From positions 1-12,323 of the forward strand of contig JBHLNT010000122.1 in the NCBI GenBank assembly GCA_048941265.1: a stretch of DNA of 12,323 nt, read 5' to 3'. A program made the translations under genes and the position numbers. This document shows positions 7,617 to 12,323 of the stretch, piece by piece. How positions within the stretch are numbered: position 1 is the stretch's first letter; the number at the start of each line of letters is the position of its first letter. The DNA is from Promethearchaeota archaeon (GTDB lineage: Archaea > Asgardarchaeota > Lokiarchaeia > Sigyniarchaeales > SOKP01). The notes under the pieces are model-generated. The model was not told the DNA's origin, ran no database searches, and saw nothing but the letters and a program-made list of their open reading frames with translations.

Positions 7617-7953
7617 AAAATATGAGCCCTATCTAAAAGATATTAATAACTCGATAAAAAGTATTGAAGATTTCATAAAAGGAATGAACTATGATCAATT
7701 TAAGAAAGACGATAAAACTTCAAGTGCGGTTATTAGAAAACTTGAAATCATAGGAGAAGCAACGAAGTACATACCTGATGATATTAGAAAGATATATTCT
7801 AAAATTCCTTGGAAAGAAATGGCTGGAATGAAAGATAAATTAATACATGCTTATTCTGAAGTTGATTTTAAATTAGTATGGATGACTATTAACCAAAGAA
7901 TACCCGAAATAAAACCTATTATTAAGAAGATGTTGAAAGAATTATCAGATTAG
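7609..7953 (+). CDS. hepT: HepT-like (DUF86) HEPN ribonuclease toxin with a variant active-site motif
   Basis: AVIRKLEIIGEA, IPWKEMAGM-KDKLIHAY and VDFKLVW are typical of DUF86; SD GAGGT upstream; paired with MNT. Confidence 0.92.
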   Translation: MRKKYEPYLKDINNSIKSIEDFIKGMNYDQFKKDDKTSSAVIRKLEIIGEATKYIPDDIRKIYSKIPWKEMAGMKDKLIHAYSEVDFKLVWMTINQRIPEIKPIIKKMLKELSD

Positions 7954-7995
7954 CTATTTTTAGAACTAATATAATAATATTCTTGTGTTTAAATA

Positions 7996-9387
7996 ATGAC
8001 AAATTTTGATGCGATAATAATTGGTAGTGGGGTGGGGGGCACTGGGATTGGAGCACTACTAGCTTCCGAAGGATTAAAAATTTTATTAATTGAAAAAAAT
8101 GATATTATTGGTGGTCGGTGTAGCACTTATTCAAAGGAAGGTTTCAAGTTAGATGTGGGCATACATTCTTTTGGAAGAACTAGTAAAGGGCCTCTTGGTA
8201 AAATTCTGAATATGATTGAAATGCAACATGCGGTTGAATGGGTTTTAGCGAGGAATCCAGGACCCCGATGGTATCATAAAGGACAATTTTGGGCTTTTCC
8301 AAGGGAACTAAAGAATTTTGTTCCAGATTCAGATTTTTCAATTATTATGAAATTGTTTAGGGATGTATTGCGAATAAAAGATACACAAAAATTTGATAAT
8401 ATTAGTGTGAAATCATGGTTATCAGAATATACTGACAATAATTTGATCCATTCATTTATTAGCATATTTAGTAGCATTTATTTGGTAACGCCTTATTATC
8501 TTGCTTCTGCTGGTGAATTTATAAGATGTTTATCGTCTCTTTCAAAAGATCTAAGCCTTGGATACCCTAAAGGAGGCTGTATCGCAATTCCTTTAGCTTT
8601 TACTGAAGGCATTAAGAAGGACGGGGGAGTTGTAAAAATTAATGTTTCAGCAGAAAAAATTGTAGTAAAGCATGAAAAAGTTCAGGGAGTTGAGTTAAAT
8701 AATGGTCAATTTGTGTCATCAAGGATAGTTATTAGCAATGCAGGAATCAGGGAAACTGTAAACAAACTAGTAGGAAGAGATTATTTTGAAAAGAAATTTT
8801 TAGAATATATTGATAATCTTAAATATTCTATGAGTGCAGTAACTTTCAAAATGGCACTAAAAAGACCTATTACAGAATATAAAGTAATAAGTTTGTTTAA
8901 TTTAGAAGATCATGAATCTAAATTCAGGTCAATTTTAAAGGGAAATGTGCCTAATGATGTTGACCTATTCATTCCAGTACCCTCTAACTATGATTCCAAC
9001 TTAGCACCTAAGGGAAAACAACTAATTATGGCAGGAACAGCCGTTTCGCCTGAGGATTTCGAGAAGCACAAGGAAAAATGGATAAAAAATTCCATGAAAA
9101 GCCTTGAAATGGTTTTTCCAGAACTTTCGGAAAACCTTTTATGGATGGATATTACATCTCCAAAAGATATAGATTTGTTAGCAGGGAAAGAGGGTACGGT
9201 GGTCGGAATTGCGCAATCAGTAGGTCAAGTCGGTAGTCATCGTCCATCATCAATAGTGCCTATAGAAGGTTTGTATTTAGTAGGAGGTGATGCTGGAGGT
9301 TGGGGAATTGGAACTGAATTAGCCGCTCAAAGCGCTATTGACTGTGCTGAAATAATTTTAAGTAATCCAAAAAAGATTCTGACATAA
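7996..9387 (+). CDS. Phytoene desaturase-like FAD/NAD(P)-dependent oxidoreductase (COG1233-type)
   Basis: N-terminal Rossmann DAIIIGSGVGG, EKN..IGGRCST, LDVGIH, YPKGG, VISNAG, SPKD and GLYLVG motifs. Substrate unknown. Confidence 0.88.
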   Translation: MTNFDAIIIGSGVGGTGIGALLASEGLKILLIEKNDIIGGRCSTYSKEGFKLDVGIHSFGRTSKGPLGKILNMIEMQHAVEWVLARNPGPRWYHKGQFWAFPRELKNFVPDSDFSIIMKLFRDVLRIKDTQKFDNISVKSWLSEYTDNNLIHSFISIFSSIYLVTPYYLASAGEFIRCLSSLSKDLSLGYPKGGCIAIPLAFTEGIKKDGGVVKINVSAEKIVVKHEKVQGVELNNGQFVSSRIVISNAGIRETVNKLVGRDYFEKKFLEYIDNLKYSMSAVTFKMALKRPITEYKVISLFNLEDHESKFRSILKGNVPNDVDLFIPVPSNYDSNLAPKGKQLIMAGTAVSPEDFEKHKEKWIKNSMKSLEMVFPELSENLLWMDITSPKDIDLLAGKEGTVVGIAQSVGQVGSHRPSSIVPIEGLYLVGGDAGGWGIGTELAAQSAIDCAEIILSNPKKILT

Positions 9388-9470
9388 TTTACATTTATGT
9401 GAAAAATCTATATTATCATTCAATCTAGGTATATTTCTAATTTCCATCTACAACATTTTTTAAGTTTTTT

Positions 9471-9488
9471 TAACATTACTATGTAATT
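9471..9488. promoter_or_regulatory. Candidate TetR operator 1 (TAACATTACTATGTAATT)
   Basis: Palindromic core ATTAC-N3-GTAAT, about 40 bp upstream of tetR; 16/18 identical to 10370-10387. Confidence 0.65.
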
Positions 9489-9527
9489 AAATGATTTTAT
9501 TCAAAAAAATTTTAGTAAGCGTTACTA

Positions 9528-10190
9528 ATGACCAATAAAAATATGAATAAAAAACGGGCACGATCAAAAAAAGAAAAAGAAATACAATATCAACGAATCC
9601 TTGAAGAAGGTAAAGAACTCTTCGTTAAATATGGTCCTGGAGCTTTAAGTATGAGAACATTAGCAAAACGTTTGAATATGACTCAAACCTTCCTTTACAC
9701 ATATATACAGAGTAAACGAGAACTATGGATCGCTATTCGACAAAAATACTTCCAAAAATATCTAATTGAAATTAACAATATCATTAATGAGCATCAAGGA
9801 ACAAAGGTAGAGCTTTTAATGAAAATCGCACTAAGCTTTATAGAATTTGCGAATGAAGATTTCAATCGTTTTATTGTAATGTTTATTTTGCCTATTCCTT
9901 CATCAAAAAAAATTGGACCTATTGAAAAAAATTATCAACAAACTGGACTTTTAGATAAGATAAAAAAAATTCTACACGAAGCTATGATGGTTAAAGAAAT
10001 TAAAGAAAGAAATCTTGATGAATTTACCTATTTTATTTGGAGTGTCATATTTGGTATCACAACTACGGATATGTATATTAAATTTCACGCACCTATAATG
10101 GAATATATGAAGGAAAAATCACCAACATTCACAAAAAAAAGTTATAGAGAGTGTGCTTTAAAAGAAATAAAGAATTTATTGGTAGGATAA
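9528..10190 (+). CDS. TetR/AcrR family transcriptional regulator
   Basis: N-terminal HTH ILEEGKELFVKYG...LSMRTLAKRLNMTQTFLYTYIQSKREL; 220 aa with a helical ligand domain. Confidence 0.93.
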   Translation: MTNKNMNKKRARSKKEKEIQYQRILEEGKELFVKYGPGALSMRTLAKRLNMTQTFLYTYIQSKRELWIAIRQKYFQKYLIEINNIINEHQGTKVELLMKIALSFIEFANEDFNRFIVMFILPIPSSKKIGPIEKNYQQTGLLDKIKKILHEAMMVKEIKERNLDEFTYFIWSVIFGITTTDMYIKFHAPIMEYMKEKSPTFTKKSYRECALKEIKNLLVG

Positions 10191-10369
10191 ATAATTTTAA
10201 TCTCTTTTAGAGATCGTTTGTTAAATAAAAGTATCAAAAAAGTAGATTATTTCTTGGGTCGTAATTAATTATTAGGATTTTCCTTTAAAATTGGATTTCA
10301 TTGAAGGAAAAATCTGATGAAAAAGTGAGAATAAAATATTTAAATATTATACTGATGATTTATATTTAA

Positions 10370-10387
10370 TAACATTACATTGTAATT
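10370..10387. promoter_or_regulatory. Candidate TetR operator 2 (TAACATTACATTGTAATT)
   Basis: Core ATTACA-T-TGTAAT, about 50 bp upstream of the MFS ATG; near-identical to operator 1. Confidence 0.65.
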
Positions 10388-10439
10388 TTAAATATAAAGA
10401 ATTTTCACATTAATAAGAAAAATAAGGGTGGAAAAAAAT

Positions 10440-11840
10440 ATGTCATCTGAAGAAGAACTCACCAAATATGAGCCATTTAGTAATAAGAGAATGTTAGCAT
10501 TTGGGTTAAATCTTACAATATTAAATACATTTTGGGGCATAAGAAATTGGATTCAATTATATGCAGCAAAAGCAATAGGCATTCCAATATGGTATGTGCT
10601 TATGATATTCGGAATATATGTACTTTGGGATGCTCTAAATGATCCATTAACGGGCAACTTACTAGATCGTTCTTCAAGGTTTACTTCAACATATGGAAAA
10701 AGATTTCCATTTGTTATAATCGGGGTTTTTGGAGCTTTAATATGTCTCATTTTGCTTTTCTTACCTGTATCATCTGATCCTTTACAGGTAGCCTTCTGGA
10801 TATTATTTGTTATAATCATTTACGATGCTTTTCAAACCATGTATGAGTTAAGCGTTAATGGTTTTATTGTGGATAGATTTCGAGATCAGAAACAAAGGGT
10901 TAAATACGGTACATATTCACACATCTTAGCAGGAACTTTCGGGGTAATAACCGCTGTTTTAAATCCTTTATTACTTGAAATGTATGGAGGAGTATCATCT
11001 CCATGGGCTTATTTCTTTATGACTTTAACAATAATAATAATGCTTTCAATTATGGCAATCCCTCAAATTCTAAGTTCCCGCGAACCTAAAGAAATGATTG
11101 AATTTCGGTCAAAATTAGATATTGAAAAAAAAAGTTCATTACCCCTTAAAGAAATGATTAAAAGGGTGTTTAGAGATAGAAATTGGATGGTAGTTATTCT
11201 TGCTTATGTCACATGGGTGGTAGAAATAGGATGTGTAACTGTTGGACTTGGTTTCTATATCGTGGATGGATTGGGTTTGCCTATATCGATGAGTGCATTG
11301 CCTTCTCTTTTATTTCTTTTAGTAGGTTTCGCAGTCATCCCATTATGGATGAAAATAGCAAAAAAATATGGATCTAAAAAAACTTATTTCTACGCACTAT
11401 TATGCACAGCTATAAGTACTGCAAGTTTTATATTTGCAACAAATTATACTCTTGTTGTAATTATTGCTGCATGTGGGGGCATAGGACACGGAGGACAAGG
11501 CGTAATTCTATCCACTATATCTTCTGAAGCGATTGATAATGCGACGTTAAAGAGTAATATTCGTGAAGAAAGCTCATATCATGGGATATTGCGATTCTTC
11601 TCTGCAACAGGCATTTTCTGGCAAGTGTTAATCTTTGCGATAGTAGGAACCATCACAGGTTATGATCCTGCGCTCGGAACGAAAAATAGCGATTTTGCTA
11701 AATTAGGATTAAACCTTCAAATGTCTCTCATCCCGGCGACAATCATGGTAATAAGTTTACTTATCTTCTATAAATTTTACACGATAGACAGGGAAATGGC
11801 CATAGAAATTAAAACAAAATTGATTAAATCGGATTTTTAA
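10440..11840 (+). CDS. MFS transporter, glycoside-pentoside-hexuronide (MelB/GPH) family
   Basis: WDALNDPLTGNLLDR, YGKRFPF, PLWMKIAKKYGSKK, REESSYHG and ~12 TM segments. ATG at 10440 is supported by alignment to the paralog's start (MSS.EE); the track's GTG at 10428 falls in an SD-like GGGTGG. Confidence 0.92.
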   Translation: MSSEEELTKYEPFSNKRMLAFGLNLTILNTFWGIRNWIQLYAAKAIGIPIWYVLMIFGIYVLWDALNDPLTGNLLDRSSRFTSTYGKRFPFVIIGVFGALICLILLFLPVSSDPLQVAFWILFVIIIYDAFQTMYELSVNGFIVDRFRDQKQRVKYGTYSHILAGTFGVITAVLNPLLLEMYGGVSSPWAYFFMTLTIIIMLSIMAIPQILSSREPKEMIEFRSKLDIEKKSSLPLKEMIKRVFRDRNWMVVILAYVTWVVEIGCVTVGLGFYIVDGLGLPISMSALPSLLFLLVGFAVIPLWMKIAKKYGSKKTYFYALLCTAISTASFIFATNYTLVVIIAACGGIGHGGQGVILSTISSEAIDNATLKSNIREESSYHGILRFFSATGIFWQVLIFAIVGTITGYDPALGTKNSDFAKLGLNLQMSLIPATIMVISLLIFYKFYTIDREMAIEIKTKLIKSDF

Positions 11841-11892
11841 ATCATAATAAATCAAATCTTCAATATCTTTAAGGGTAGTAGAGAAATAAGCC

Positions 11893-12323
11893 ATGTCATC
11901 ACCCGAAGAAATTATAAAATACGAGCCGTTTAGTAATAAGAGATTGATAGCATATTCGTTAAATACTGTAATTTTGAGTATGATGTGGGGCATACGAAAT
12001 TGGATTCAGTTATACGCAGCAAAAGCGATAGGCATTCCAATATGGTATGTGCTTATGATATTTGGAATTTATGTAGTTTGGGATGCTTTTAATGATCCAA
12101 TAGCAGGCAATCTACTAGACCGCTCTTCAAAGCTTACTTCAAAACATGGGAAACGATTTCCTTTTATAGTGATCGGAATTATTGGCGCTTGTGTGAGTCT
12201 ATGTTTGCTCTATATACCGGTAACATTTGATCCTTTATTGGCCGCCTTCTGGATCTTATTTGTAATAGTAATTTATGATGCTTTTCAAACTATCTATGAA
12301 TTGAGTATCCATAGTTTGTCAGT
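11893..12323 (+). CDS. Second GPH-family MFS transporter, tandem paralog, truncated at the window edge
   Basis: Open frame MSSPEEIIKYEPFSNKR...WDAFNDPIAGNLLDR...HGKRFPF...YELSIHSLS with no stop. About 71% identical (hand count, ~102/143 aa) to the upstream MFS. Not in the ORF track. Confidence 0.92.
   Translation, partial: MSSPEEIIKYEPFSNKRLIAYSLNTVILSMMWGIRNWIQLYAAKAIGIPIWYVLMIFGIYVVWDAFNDPIAGNLLDRSSKLTSKHGKRFPFIVIGIIGACVSLCLLYIPVTFDPLLAAFWILFVIVIYDAFQTIYELSIHSLS

Noticed and set aside
8274-8477. 67-aa - strand ORF
   Set aside because: Antisense within the oxidoreductase.
7996-9387. Calling the oxidoreductase crtI (carotenoid synthesis)
   Set aside because: Only family-level motifs are present, and no crtB/crtE/crtY is nearby.
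10553-11993. ORFs 10553-10819(-), 11183-11377(+) and 11757-11993(-)
   Set aside because: All overlap the two well-supported MFS genes and have no independent coding evidence.

Overview
AT-rich, gene-dense prokaryotic window. The gene mix (standalone 7-TM protein, TM+PCI-like+zinc-ribbon protein, tandem GPH-family MFS paralogs, TetR, Fe-ADH, MNT-HEPN) and the TATA-like promoters suggest an archaeon, most likely Asgard/Lokiarchaeia; this is inference, not proven. In order: a ~540 bp repeat/palindrome-rich intergenic region, a CDF metal exporter with an HxxxH/HxxxD site, a convergent dsrEFH/tusDCB-like sulfur-relay triad, a membrane-anchored winged-helix/PCI-like zinc-ribbon protein, an iron-containing alcohol dehydrogenase, an orphan 7-TM protein, an amidase, an MNT-HEPN toxin-antitoxin pair whose toxin has K instead of the catalytic R, a phytoene-desaturase-like FAD oxidoreductase, a TetR regulator, and two tandem MFS transporters (the second is truncated by the window end and absent from the ORF track). 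An 18-bp palindromic motif shared upstream of tetR and the MFS gene suggests a small regulon. No CRISPR array, rRNA, tRNA or transposase was recognised.
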